From Klebsormidium nitens (taxonomy: Eukaryota > Plantae > Klebsormidiophyceae): a stretch of DNA of 64,000 nucleotides. The notes beneath the pieces are model-generated. The model had not been told where the DNA came from and ran no database searches. It saw nothing but the letters and a program-made list of their open reading frames with translations. This document shows, in pieces, positions 35,001 through 64,000 of this stretch (position 1 is the stretch's first letter; every line of letters starts with the position of its first letter). The DNA lies in NCBI GenBank assembly GCA_000708835.1, contig DF237081.1, positions 116,136-180,135 of the forward strand, read 5' to 3'. The translations under genes and the position numbers were made by a program.

Positions 35001-37509
35001 NNNNNNNNNNNNNNNNNNNNNNNNNNNNNNNNNNNNNNNNNNNNNNNNNNNNNNNNNTCACCTGCGACGGCCCTGAACTTCTTTTCGGAGAGCGACACCC
35101 CCAGACCGTTGCCCTGCTCGGTTTCCCTTTTGACAACCCCATCCGTGGCGCCTTTTCTTAGAGCCTCGATAAGAAGACTCCCCACAAAACAACAATTGTA
35201 TCAAGCTTGATCGATCGCTCACCTGCAATGGCCATAACTTCTTTGGAGAGCAACACCCCCGGCGTCCCCTGCTCGTCCTCTCTTCTCGGTTATTGCAACC
35301 ATGGCAGCTCTCAACGACCAACCACCATTTTCCACGCCCTCAACAGAGGTCAAGCGAAAACAGTCAACTATAACCAGAAATGCGCTCACCTGCGATGGCC
35401 ATGACTTCCTTGGAGAGCGACACCCCGGGCGTCCCCTGAGCGTCGTCATTTCATCTATCGCGACGTCATCGTTTGCTGTCTCTGAAGTCGAAATGGACAA
35501 CAGTCGTCAAAAATGAAGCTCACGAAAGTCATCAAACTTGAAATCAAACTTCTCAACCCACCTGCAATGGCCATGACTTCCTTGGAGAGCGACACCCCCG
35601 GCGTCCCCTGCTCGTCCTCCCGCTGAAACACGCAGCCGTAGCAGCGGTCGTCGCCCGCCTTGTTGGTGCGCACCGTGTGCTGCAGCGAGTACTTGGCGCG
35701 CCACCCGTCGCGGCCGCGGTTCGAGAGGAGGACCGCAGCCCCGCCCATGCGGAACAGGCAGTTGGGAATCATCATGGACCTGCGAAATGGATTCTGACGA
35801 TCCTTCAATCTCACTTTACAATGTAAGAAATCCTTGAATTTTGTCTGCTTCATTGTGGTCGAAGGGAAAAAGAAGCGTGCTTTCTGGGTTCGAGAGGAGG
35901 ACCCCAGGGCCACCCTGCAAAACAGGCAGTTGGCGATCATCATGGACCTGCGAAAGAGGAAACATAATCTGTTCAGCATGCGGTTTCTACGTTTCATCTG
36001 CTCCAATCAGGTCGGAGGAGAATACAAAGCCTCGTTTGTAAGTGTGAGAGGAGAACCGCGGCCCCGCCCATGCGGACCAGGCAGTTGGGGCTCATCATGG
36101 AACTGCGAAATCGGATCACAGATTGATTTGGAGGATGAAGGCCTATGACCTTGGACAAGTTCTTGATACCGTCAGAAGAGAGACTGGCTCAAATTGAGTC
36201 AGTCCTAGGAAATGAAAGTTCAAGAAGCACATGTTTCTCAATGGGACCGTGTAACATTCTCTGCCTTGCTTGTCAACAGTACTTTCTCTGATGAAAACCA
36301 GGCAACCGTCTCAGGGCAACCCAAACCTCCGGCAACCACAATTCTATCTTCACAAGCTTTTTTCAACGTTGACACCGGCTTACCTGTCGTTGCCAAAGGG
36401 CTTTCTTCAAGTAACATCAGGAACTCTTCTCAGGCCAACTCCCAGCAAACACACCCTACCACCCTCTGGTGAACGCCAGAAATGATGCTACGAGCTACCC
36501 TCGTCGTTGCTAGACTACCCTCATATAAACACAAGAGACTCTTTTCAGGCCAGCAAATTCAATTCCTCAGGAAAACGGATCCGTCTCCCTCTGCTAAACC
36601 GGAGACTTTGACACCGGCTCACCTGACGTTGCCAAAGTACCAGTTCTGTGTGATGTTCTCCATGCTGACCACCACCGCGATGGTGTTAGCGTGCACCTGA
36701 AGCAGGTCCTTCGCGAGATCCACGCCGATCACGCCCGCACTGCAGCCCATGCCCCCCAAACTGTACGTCTTCACATTCCCCCGCATCTTGTAGTGGTTCA
36801 CGATCATCGCCGAGAGCGACGGCGTCGGGTTGAACAGCGAGCACGTGGTTATCAGAACCCCGACGTCCTTTGGGTTAACCCCGGTCTTGCGGAACAGCTC
36901 GTCGAGGCACCCGTACATCACGTCTTCCCCCTCTTTCCGCGCCTCGGCCATGCCCGTCTTCGGCTGTTCCAACCACAGGTTTTCGGGGACGTAGGTCTCG
37001 TCTCCTAACCCCGTTTTGTAAACCAGCTTCTCCTGGAACGTCGCCCCCTTCTCGTCGCAGAGGCCGAGCCGCTGCGTGGTCTCCACGAAGAAGGACCGGG
37101 TTAGCTTTAACTTGTCGTCGGGTTTGTAGCACGCAAAGTCCACCAGGTACACCGCCCGGGCTCGTGACATCATGTAGATCGTCCCCGCGAAAACCAGCAC
37201 CGCCGAGGTTAAGACAACCTCAACGAGGTTAAACCGCAGCTGCTCCCAGAGCGCATGCAGGTCCGCCAGGGACATGCGGCTCAGTTCCGCGAGGACGGTG
37301 ATCACTAACCACGGCAGGATCAGCAGAGTTAGCGCGTGGTTAATCAGGAGCGAGTAGCCCTGGTAAACGTGTTTGAGGTTAACCGACTGCACGTAGTTTG
37401 GCAACCGGTGGTGCAGAGGCACGTCCAGCTGCCAGTGAGACTCCTTGGGCGGCGCCCCATTGGCGGCCTTTGGGGGGCCGTCCTTCGCAGTCTGATCGTG
37501 CCCCCCCAT
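32008..37509 (-). CDS. KCS: 3-ketoacyl-CoA synthase (FAE1/KCS, very-long-chain fatty acid elongase), about 522 aa, 4 exons
   Basis: Exons 37509-36623, 35779-35562, 33615-33363 and 32218-32008. Two N-terminal TM segments, [11 protein letters not shown], catalytic GMGCSAG (Cys), FCIHTGG (His) and [16 protein letters not shown] (Asn), plus [17 protein letters not shown]. Confidence 0.95.
32405..33268 (-). repeat. KCS intron 3 echoes (acceptor copies 32405-32462 and about 32680-32735; donor copy 33198-33268)
   Basis: GGCAACACGTCGCAATCGTCAATCTGGTACGAGCT echoes the exon 4 start. ATGGAGAAGAACTTGCAGCT...GTCGAGCCCAGC echoes the exon 3 end. Confidence 0.8.
33685..34490 (-). repeat. KCS intron 2 acceptor-side echo array (3 clear and 2 weak copies)
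   Basis: CAG|..GACGCCCT(C/G)AAGGCCAACATC copies start at 33832, 34014 and 34174, versus the true exon at 33615. Confidence 0.92.
34698..35445 (-). repeat. KCS intron 2 donor-side echo array (5 copies, interrupted by the N gap)
   Basis: GGGGTGTCGCTCTCC...GCC(A/G)T(C/T)GCAG|GT units with donors near 35389, 35221, 35060, 34881 and 34702; spacing about 160-180 bp. Confidence 0.92.
34944..35057. other. Assembly gap (114 N)
   Basis: Run of N inside the KCS donor-echo array. Confidence 1.
35895..36400 (-). repeat. KCS intron 1 echoes (acceptor copies near 35947 and 36102; donor copy near 36382)
   Basis: TTTCGCAG|(G/T)TCCATGATGA..CCAACTGCCTG x2, and CTTTGGCAACGACAG|GTAAGCCGGTGTCAA echoing TTTGGCAACGTCAG|GTGAGCCGGTGTCAA. 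Confidence 0.88.
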
Positions 37510-38167
37510 TTGTAGAAACGCCGCCCGCCAGCCCGGTTGGGGTGCGCGGATTGCCTCTGGTTACAGTGCCTCTCAAATCTCCAGAAAGGGCAATGCTGCG
37601 AGCTGGATTATGGCGCCTGGCGACAGGCAATCGTATCGCACAGCTTAAGTGGAGATCACAACGTGCTGTGGAAACCAGAGCTCAAAAGCTTGCACCTTCA
37701 ATAAGAGCAACCTACTCTAGCGCCCTAACGCTACATGTAACTCCCTTCCCGCATGCATGGATCAACTTCCTGAGACAAAAACGGGCACAGCCCAAAGCTG
37801 CAGTGCCGCATGCAACATCGAATGGATGCTTGCAAGTCGGCTCTTCAGCTAGCCGTCTACCTAGGCGCCTACGATTGTAGATTGCCCCTGTGCAGTACCC
37901 CTGCAATATTGTGCATGGGTGTTGATCAGCCCCTTTTGATCGTCCTTCAAGGCTTCATTCCGCCAGACTGAGAATGCAACGCGCAGATTGCAATGCGGCC
38001 TTTCAAGTTTCCCGGCATGACCACATCCTACTCCGGGGGCCTAGATCGGCCCGACGAATATAGCCCCCCTACTCGAAGTCGGATCTGATTGGATTTGTGC
38101 GAGACACGTGATAGGCCAGGCATACCTTGACGTGAGCAAATGATTGACGACATCAGCGAATTTGTTC

Positions 38168-38340
38168 AACCCTAAAACCCTAAAATGCCTAAACCGATGA
38201 CAAAGACGCGGCCGCGCTAGGGTTTGGTACCGCGGGCGGCCGCCCTGGCGCGCGTCCTATCCGGCCGCGGCCGCCACGCCTGGCCGCGCCCGCCCGCACG
38301 TCTTTGCGCGCGGCCGCCTTGAAGCCAATGCGCGGCCGGC
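38168..38340. promoter_or_regulatory. Telo-box-like repeats and a GC-rich island between the divergent KCS and FtsHi4 genes
   Basis: AACCCTAAAACCCTAAAA at 38168-38185, TAGGGTTT near 38218, then clustered GCGGCCGC. The regulatory role is inferred from position only. Confidence 0.4.
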
Positions 38341-38703
38341 TGGAACTGTACGTAGGGCTGTAGCATTCAAGGTTGCTGGCTGTCTTGTTAGGCTGCTTGG
38401 TCCTTCAATCAATGGCGGCGCCTTTCATATGAAGCACATGACAGCTTCAGTGATATCCAAGAGGAACCAGCTTCAGAAAAGCAGGGTGGTTGGCTGAAAG
38501 CTGGAGCTTGCTCGGAGCAAAGCCTGAGATGTAGGCAACGAAGAGCAGCATTGCGTTAACTACAGTTGGCAGCGCAGCTTGCAGGGGCGTTTGCAGCCCT
38601 GATGGTTGTGTGGTGGCTTCATGTGGGTTGCCTACAACGGAAATAATGTCAGTTTGAGGGGAACAGCTTCCAGTAGGTACCTTGTAATTTTCAGCAGATT
38701 AAC

Positions 38704-56927
<18,224 letters not shown>

Positions 56928-59062
56928 TCATAGCGAAGAGAAGTGACCGCCAATCATCAACCATAGGAATCTTCCTGCTCTGCTGATGGGGGCAGCTTGA
57001 GCCGGCTTTGACGTCGGAAAGTTTGTATCATGAAACCTGTCATCGGATTTGCCACTGAGGTTTGACAAGAGGTGCCGAGTAACGGGGAGCAATGCACCGG
57101 AGGGATTCGATATGCAGAGCATGTCGCTATTGTTGATATCGAGAAGGTGCATGTAATCTGGCAAGTCACGTGGAAAGGTCTGGCAGCTGAGCGGCCTCTG
57201 GACACAAGTATTCAAGTGCATAAATTTGCCGGGATCGGGGCCTTCCGAAGCAACCCCAGCGTCATCAAATGCATAAACACTTTGCACGTCGCATTCATGC
57301 TCAACATGCTTGCTGAAGGCCGGCTTCAAGTGCAAGGCGCTAGAAAGCTACGTGGATTGCCTGAAGCTTTGTGTCTTCATTTGTTGTAACAGCCACTCCA
57401 AATCACCATGTGTGAGCTGTACTCTACCTACGCAGTCTTGCACCCATGAAGCCAGGCAGGGACTTAGCTTCGAGTCTGAAATCACTCTCCAAACATGGCG
57501 CATGCATGCATGATTGTCACGGTCTGCCCGTTTGGTATAGCCGATGAGTTACGTGTGTGCGATGAATACGCCATGCACACGATGAAATAATTGCATGCTT
57601 GCAAGTAAGTGAAAGAAACTCGAACGTTGCCATATATGTTTCATGTAATACGATTTTGCGTTTAACCTTCGAGTTTTTCATTTTCTTTTGGGGGCCCGGC
57701 CGGGCTTTTAGTGACATACCGTCGCCTGATTAAGGAACCACCCATTGATCTGCATGATTGGTCGAGCATGCAACGCCGAGCTTAACGCAATACATCTCCG
57801 AGCTAGTTTTTTGATTACACAAGCGCTGCCATTGCGGATGGGTTGCATGGTGTTGATAAAAAAAGGACTAGGACACCGAAGGGGGTGGACCGGAAACTTC
57901 CATCTCAAATTCGCGTAGCCTAAGATCCGGCTGGGGCTGCGCCCTGCAAGTGAAAGGCCGCCAAGCCCCCCGACCCCTCCCCTACTTTCGGTTGGCTGAA
58001 GCACACCCCCTACAAACAGAATATATAAGGGGGTGCGCGACCGGGTGCGCCACTTCAAAGTGACGGGCCCTAAATTTAACACCATGGCCGCCGCCGTCAA
58101 GATCCGCTGCAGCCTGCCACCGAGCACCGACAATTTAGCGCCTTCGTCTTCATTTAGAGCCGTGTTCCCGCCGTGTTGGGCTGTCACTTAGGCGCATGTC
58201 CCGGGGACAGTAGGGTTCAGATTGGGCATGTGCAGAGCGCGTAATCTTGTTAGGTTAGGTTTTTGGGTTGTTTGTGCCCCGGCCGGGCAAAATGTTAAGT
58301 GAACACCATCTTATTGCCTCTCTTATTGACATGACATGTTTAGACTAAAACGGTAAGGCATTTTTATTCGTCAATCGTGATCCTATTTGCGGAACCCTTA
58401 CCGGGTTGATCGCGTTGACCGAGATTGAAACTTGAGCGAGTAACCTTTAGCATATTAACTGCTCCGAAACGAGTAATTCTTAACCCCATAATATATTCTT
58501 CATCGCAACAATACATGGGGAGGACATTCGATATAACAACAAACGGGCAATACAGCCGGCGGACGAACCACTAAAGTACAGTGTCAAGTGTCATCGGTCA
58601 CCTAAATAATTTGCCTCCGAACACACTTCTACGAAACGAAACACCACATGCTATCTCTTCACCTAAACCAACTTCGACTACCTCCACAAACCGCAGTAGG
58701 TCGCGTTACCAAACCCAATGTGAACTCTTCTTTCCAATGTACTAATACCCTCGAAACTTTGCTCCTTGTAAGCAGATTCCTACTTTTACCCTCGGAAGCT
58801 CCTTGTGAGCAGATTTCGACATTTACCCGTGGCTCACTTCCGAGCTTGCCTCTCTCTGCTTCTCTGGGCACTAGCACGTTTTGATTGCTTGAAGGCCAAT
58901 CAACTCCAAGGCCTCCGCCACTGTTGGCGAGCCGCTTTGGCAAGCAGACTATTCGCTTGTTTGAAGTAATTTTGCTGGCCCGGCCACGTTCATCTGAGTC
59001 TCACGGCGGCCCGGTGAGCTCTTTGTGCACAGCACTGCGGTTCGTAACAAGCCCCAATTTCC

Positions 59063-59372
59063 CATACTGAGCAAAGTTACATGGAGAAGCGCGGTAGCTC
59101 GGTAGGTCGCGGTACTAAAAACTAAAGTCACGGTAGCTCCGATTCCGATGAAAAACTTTCGCCAAGTCCCGTAACGTACCGCGAGCTACCGCGCTCACCG
59201 CATCGATTTTGATGCGCCGGAGCGGGACGTAACTACGACCTAGCTACCTGCCTGGTAAAATTTGAAGTTACCGCACCGTACCGCGGTCATATGTAACTTG
59301 CGGTAGCTCGGTAGCTCCACTGTTTGGAGCTACCGCGACTTATCGCGCTCATGTAGTTCTTCGCTCATTGTG
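59063..59372. mobile_element. Foldback/MITE-like element with degenerate terminal inverted repeats
   Basis: TGAGC..TACATG..AAGCGCGGTAGCTC on the left is mirrored by GAGCTACCGCGACTT..CATGTAG..GCTCA on the right. CGGTAGCTC/GAGCTACCG motifs recur internally in both orientations. Confidence 0.6.
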
Positions 59373-60503
59373 TGTTGCATGACGACAGAGTCATTATTGA
59401 CTCCAAGTTTTACAGTCCGACTGCGAATTCCCTATGTCCACAACCAGCCCGGACGGTGTCCGAAACGAAAATCGGGTACACGGCGCGAATTTTATTACCG
59501 GGCGTCCGAATCCAATGAACCGGGCGTTTCAGCGAGCCCGGTAGTAGAATGGGACCCGTGCTGGGCTCGGATTCTAAAGGCGGCATACATGCAGTGCGCC
59601 AAGAAGATGCATTGAAATGAGAGCATGCATCCATTGTCTGGTCATGCATTCATTCATGACTATGCAATGAAACATGTTAGTGCCCACTTCCGTGGCTTGT
59701 CTTGGACAGAAAGATGACATACCTTTTCGACTTAACTGATTACTTGAGGACTGCCGCTGTCCATACATACTGTGTACATATTAACGAAGGGGCAAGTCGG
59801 ATCGCGCCTGAATGTACACTTCTGGACCGGCCTATTGTAGCCTCTTCCTTCCTACATGTAATCCTCTCAGGTCTGCCAGGTGCAACAAACAATCTTCGGT
59901 TCAAGTCTACGCAACACTGCCAAATTATGATGGTGGTACAATTTGTTACAAGTTCTACAGTTCTGTCAAGAAGGCCAGGCGATCCGTATAAGCCGGTCAT
60001 GCTTCCCAGCCCCAAGCTAACTGGGCCTACCGCTGCAACTTCCTTTTCAATCACCGCCAGCATCCCCTCTTCTTTCAAGAGCATAATCTTTCAGAGGTTT
60101 GATTGGAGCGACAGCTCCACTTTGATCAGAACAGCCCAATTTGCGAACATGCCTGGAGTTCCTCGGGTTTAACGATCGCCAACACTACCAACTCAGGTCT
60201 AACATAACAGCGAGCGATCAGCTCAACTGACACAAACTTGCGACTCTGCAGACGGGCAATACAGCTGCAACATTCCAGCTGCCAAGCTGAGCTGACTACT
60301 CCGCAAAAATACCTGTCAGACACGACATCCACATACGAGGGACTTCGATGAATGGCAACTACGACAAAAGAGCTTTCACTGGCAAGCAACCAGAGCTGCA
60401 GTAATTGAGCGATCCCCGACAAAGAAAGGAAGGAAGACCGAAGGAAAGAAAGGACGGAAAAAAGAAAGGATAGAAAGTCGAACTTGTTATGACATTCCAT
60501 CCA

Positions 60504-60642
60504 TACTTCCCCTACATAAAGTCTGGATGATCCCCTGCGCAGTGCCTTTCCCTGCATAATGTTTGGATGATCACCTGTGCAGTGCCTTCCCCTGCATAAT
60601 GTCTGGATGATCCCCTGCGCATGACTGATCCCTGCGCAGTGC
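60504..60642. repeat. 40-bp tandem repeat (about 3 copies)
   Basis: GTCTGGATGATCCCCTGCGCAGTGCCTTTCCCTGCATAAT at 60521 and 60561, partial at 60601. Confidence 0.92.
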
Positions 60643-63600
60643 TGCAAGACAATCACATATACATGCAGCCTCTGGAAGAACACAACCCAGCAGTAAACAT
60701 TCTCGTACCATGTGATAGCAACGCCCTTCGCCATTCAGCCATTTCTGCGATTCTAAGAGTCTCTAAGATTACATTTTCTCCAACACAGAATCCTAGCGTT
60801 TCCAAACACGGATGCATATGAGGGTAGCCCGAAGACTGAACAGCTGGGCCTTTTGATGCTTACTAAACCAGGCGAGACTGCCACACAATTGAAGTAATAC
60901 AAGCGAGCTACAATATTCAGTTTGCCAGGCATTGGGGAAAAACCATCAAGGTAGACTCTGCTGTCCATCTTTCAAGGGCCCATGAAAGTCTGCTGTTCAG
61001 TATGTTTTGAACGGCTGCTTAGTATGCTTTTGAGTATCAAGTAATCTGACCGAAAGCATGAAACCACTGCAGAACCAAGCTTGGCTTGGACCCTGACTGA
61101 TCAGGTGCGTTGACTGGGTGAGGTTTCAGATACTTCCAGAATAAAATGCCATTGCTAGGATCGTTATAGAAGGACCTGACAGCAATCAACATGGTTACAA
61201 ATAAGGAAAGGAATGGCCAGATGGAAAAAGGTAGAAGAAACCATTGCAGAACTGCCTATCAAATCAAAGTCGATGAAAAGAGAAAAAGATCTCACATAAG
61301 CTACTCAAGTATCTGATCTAGTAACTGACCTTGTAAGGTATCACAATTCACAAGTCAAACCCTCTTCAAGACAACTCACCTTGGCCATCTTGTAAGCTCT
61401 CCAAACTGCAGCTTGGCATACTCAGACGCCCCCGGACACATTGAGACATCCCAGCACCACTGCTGCCACAATGTGAGGCAAGCAGACGGCGCAGACATCC
61501 ATATTCAGCAAAGTTGCCCCCCTTGTTGGCACCTCTCGCAGCAGGCAACTTCTCTGTAGATGCACTGATTCCAGAATCACTTGGATGAATCTGGCCATTC
61601 GCTCTGGTGAAGACCTGCCCCATAGAGTGTCCTTGGCGCTGCTTAAAATTCAGAGGCCAAAGAAATTCCTACTAAAACTACCCATCCAACTTGTCTCACT
61701 GCTCTGGTGGCAGGAAAGGCAGGCACAGGATGAGGCGGCTGACTTTGACACGACAAAGCACCATGCACCACTGCTTCCAGCGGCTAAGATGTTGCAGGCG
61801 CCTTGATCGAAGGGTGAACGTTGCGTGTACCAACTTACAAGTCGAGATGTTATTGGGTGATGAAGGCATCCGTTCAAAATTTGAATTCAAAATGGTGGCG
61901 TCGCGCCTGTCAAGAGCACCTTCTTCCTTGCTAAATCAGGTGTCCGCAGTCTCATGCCTCCTCTTTACGCGAATTTTCCGCTGCTTTAGAAACGGACGTC
62001 CAGGATCGCGCGCCGGACCTATATTGGGCCATCGTGCGGTGCAGATGTATCGGACGAACTTGAGTGAGGATGGTTGTGTCAGATGAGTGTCAGATTATGT
62101 GCATTCGACCTGCTTGCTGCTGATGTAAGTGAAGCATTACATGCACGGGAGGGCACCCCCTGGGTACCTTTTCCCTCTTCCTAAATATCGGGCGCAAAAA
62201 AACAGGGCATACTGGAAGAGGTTTTTCAATGGCCCGACACTTTCCCCGAGCTGCCAAGCAACGATAAGTATGACATGGCCTCGCTTGGTCCATTATTTGC
62301 ATGGACTACTGATATATGGAGAAAATTCCGCCCAAACTTTCTGCCCGGCAGATTTTTATTCCCCAACACATGTATTTGTCCTTCAACTTTCTTCGGAAGA
62401 GGTACCCTTCATCGACTTACGTATTGGAACTATAGGGGGACGCTTAGGGTACGCCAAGTTGATATAGAGTTCCCGACCGACCGGCCGGGATTTCAATTCT
62501 CATATTTGCCTCCCAGGGCCTTCAAGTATATGCAATTTTCATTGGGTTGCCCGTAGGTTTTTGCATCTTGTAAAGACACATTCAAATGATTGTATTGCTG
62601 TGGAATACCCACCGGAATGAGCAGAACCACTAGTGACGGAGCAGCACGGGAGCGGGCTAGCGGACGAAAGGGAGCGACGTAGCGGCCGCGGTGCAAAGGG
62701 TTTAGCGAGGATTTTGGGTGCCAGTGTGGGCCTCGGATTTATGGTTGGGATGAGGCCCACCGTTAGCGGAGGGTCACTAGTGATCGGCATGGTCAGTACC
62801 CTCGGGTGTTGCGGCAACGGTGACCAATCAGGACAGCCGGATTAGCCTAGGTGTCTAGCAGTGATTGGGCTCGACAGTGCGGGACTCCGAGGCCTTCGCG
62901 ATACGCTAGCTTTAAGCATTTGATACTCAAGAACTGTTCATGGTAATGTGCTTTGTTACTTAGCTCGCTAGAGTTTGAAGACCTCTGAGCGGACGCGATT
63001 TGCTAGCTAGCTTACTCTAACTTGGACATTGTTCACTTAAGGTCGCTTGTTTCTCAGGAGCTGAACTGCTTCTAGCTTTCCGTTCGTAGTATCGAAACTC
63101 TTGCCTCCGTAGCAGTTTGGCTGGCATCGCCAGTATTGCATATTAGTATATAAGTTGCCAGGTGGCACCCGGCAGCCTTTGTGCTGAGAAGACTCGGACG
63201 CTGTGACCAAGGCCGTGACATTTGGACGTGTACCCTTGCGGGAAGCTTATTCACCTTGTTCAAACTTTAGTCAACACTGATTACAATTGCAGCATATCGC
63301 ACGCAGAGGTTCGCCATGACTCAGGCAATGCAGACCTGATGGTGAGTCTATCTCGTGTTATATTTATTGCGTGTTGGACCGAGTGGAGTGGTCTGACCGG
63401 TTAGCTGGAGTGGTATGGGACACTCCTTTGTGCATTGCTCGCGTTAGTATTGCACTTGGAGTCCGGCTGACACACCATGAGCTAGTTTTGTCTATTTTCC
63501 GCTGCCTGCTAAGCTTAGTTGCAATGCACTGGTCTGAGCTCTACCTATCGGGGAATACGTTAGCGGTGGTTAACTCGGAATAGTGTAACTCCGATACCAC

Positions 63601-64000
63601 TAGCCCGTACAGGTCAAGAGGTCACGGGCAAGCGCGGGTGGGCTCGCGTGTTGTAGTGCAGTGGGTGAAGTGGGCCTAGTGACCCTGTGGTCTTTCAAGT
63701 TTCTAAGTGCAGCACAACATTCAATGATATTTTCGTCTTCTCAGAAGATTTTCTAGTAGAATATGGTTGCCGAAATCAATGCAACCAACATCAAAAACCA
63801 CAAACCACGAAAACCGAGCCCATTATCGTACATGAGGCTACGCGAATCTGATATGGGGTTTCCGGTCCACCTTCTTCGGGGGAGGGTCGGTCGGTCGGCG
63901 TAAAATAATTGTGACGGTTGGACAGGGTTCACACGCTGCCTGTCTACTTCACATGTGCGGAAACCATGCGAAGCTTCTCAGCACGCCTTGGGATCACCTC

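Noticed and set aside
33616-35561. Intron gain by tandem duplication of an AG|GT-containing exon segment
   Set aside because: That model puts the downstream-exon copy at the intron start and the upstream-exon copy at its end; the observed geometry is the reverse.
57708-58187. 159-aa minus-strand ORF
   Set aside because: No motif, no supporting splice structure and a non-ATG start.
63589-63599. tRNA-iMet primer-binding-site-like TGGTATCGGAG on the minus strand
   Set aside because: It has one mismatch, no adjacent CA-ending LTR, and no gag/pol ORF in the window.

Overview
Eukaryotic nuclear DNA with GC-rich exons, many GT-AG introns and plant-type genes. The gene set and intron style suggest a streptophyte green alga such as Klebsormidium (inference). 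Seven spliced genes were reconstructed by hand with consistent exon phases: ARID4-like (-), CCT-domain protein (+), M50 peptidase (-), AGD5-type ArfGAP (+), LEA-fused OBAP/DUF1264 (-), 3-ketoacyl-CoA synthase (-) and FtsHi4-like AAA ATPase (+). The window also has a TA-flanked MITE, a foldback element, small tandem repeats and one N gap. No rRNA, tRNA or CRISPR was found. The main finding concerns OBAP, KCS and FtsHi4, whose introns carry tandem 'echoes' of the neighbouring exon boundary at roughly 90-220 bp spacing. Each echo is either an exon end plus donor or an acceptor plus exon start. The echoes generally decay with distance from the working exon and mostly keep GT/AG. They differ from the exon mainly at synonymous positions, which a neutrally decaying intronic copy should not do. 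All coordinates and substitution counts were made by eye and need computational confirmation.
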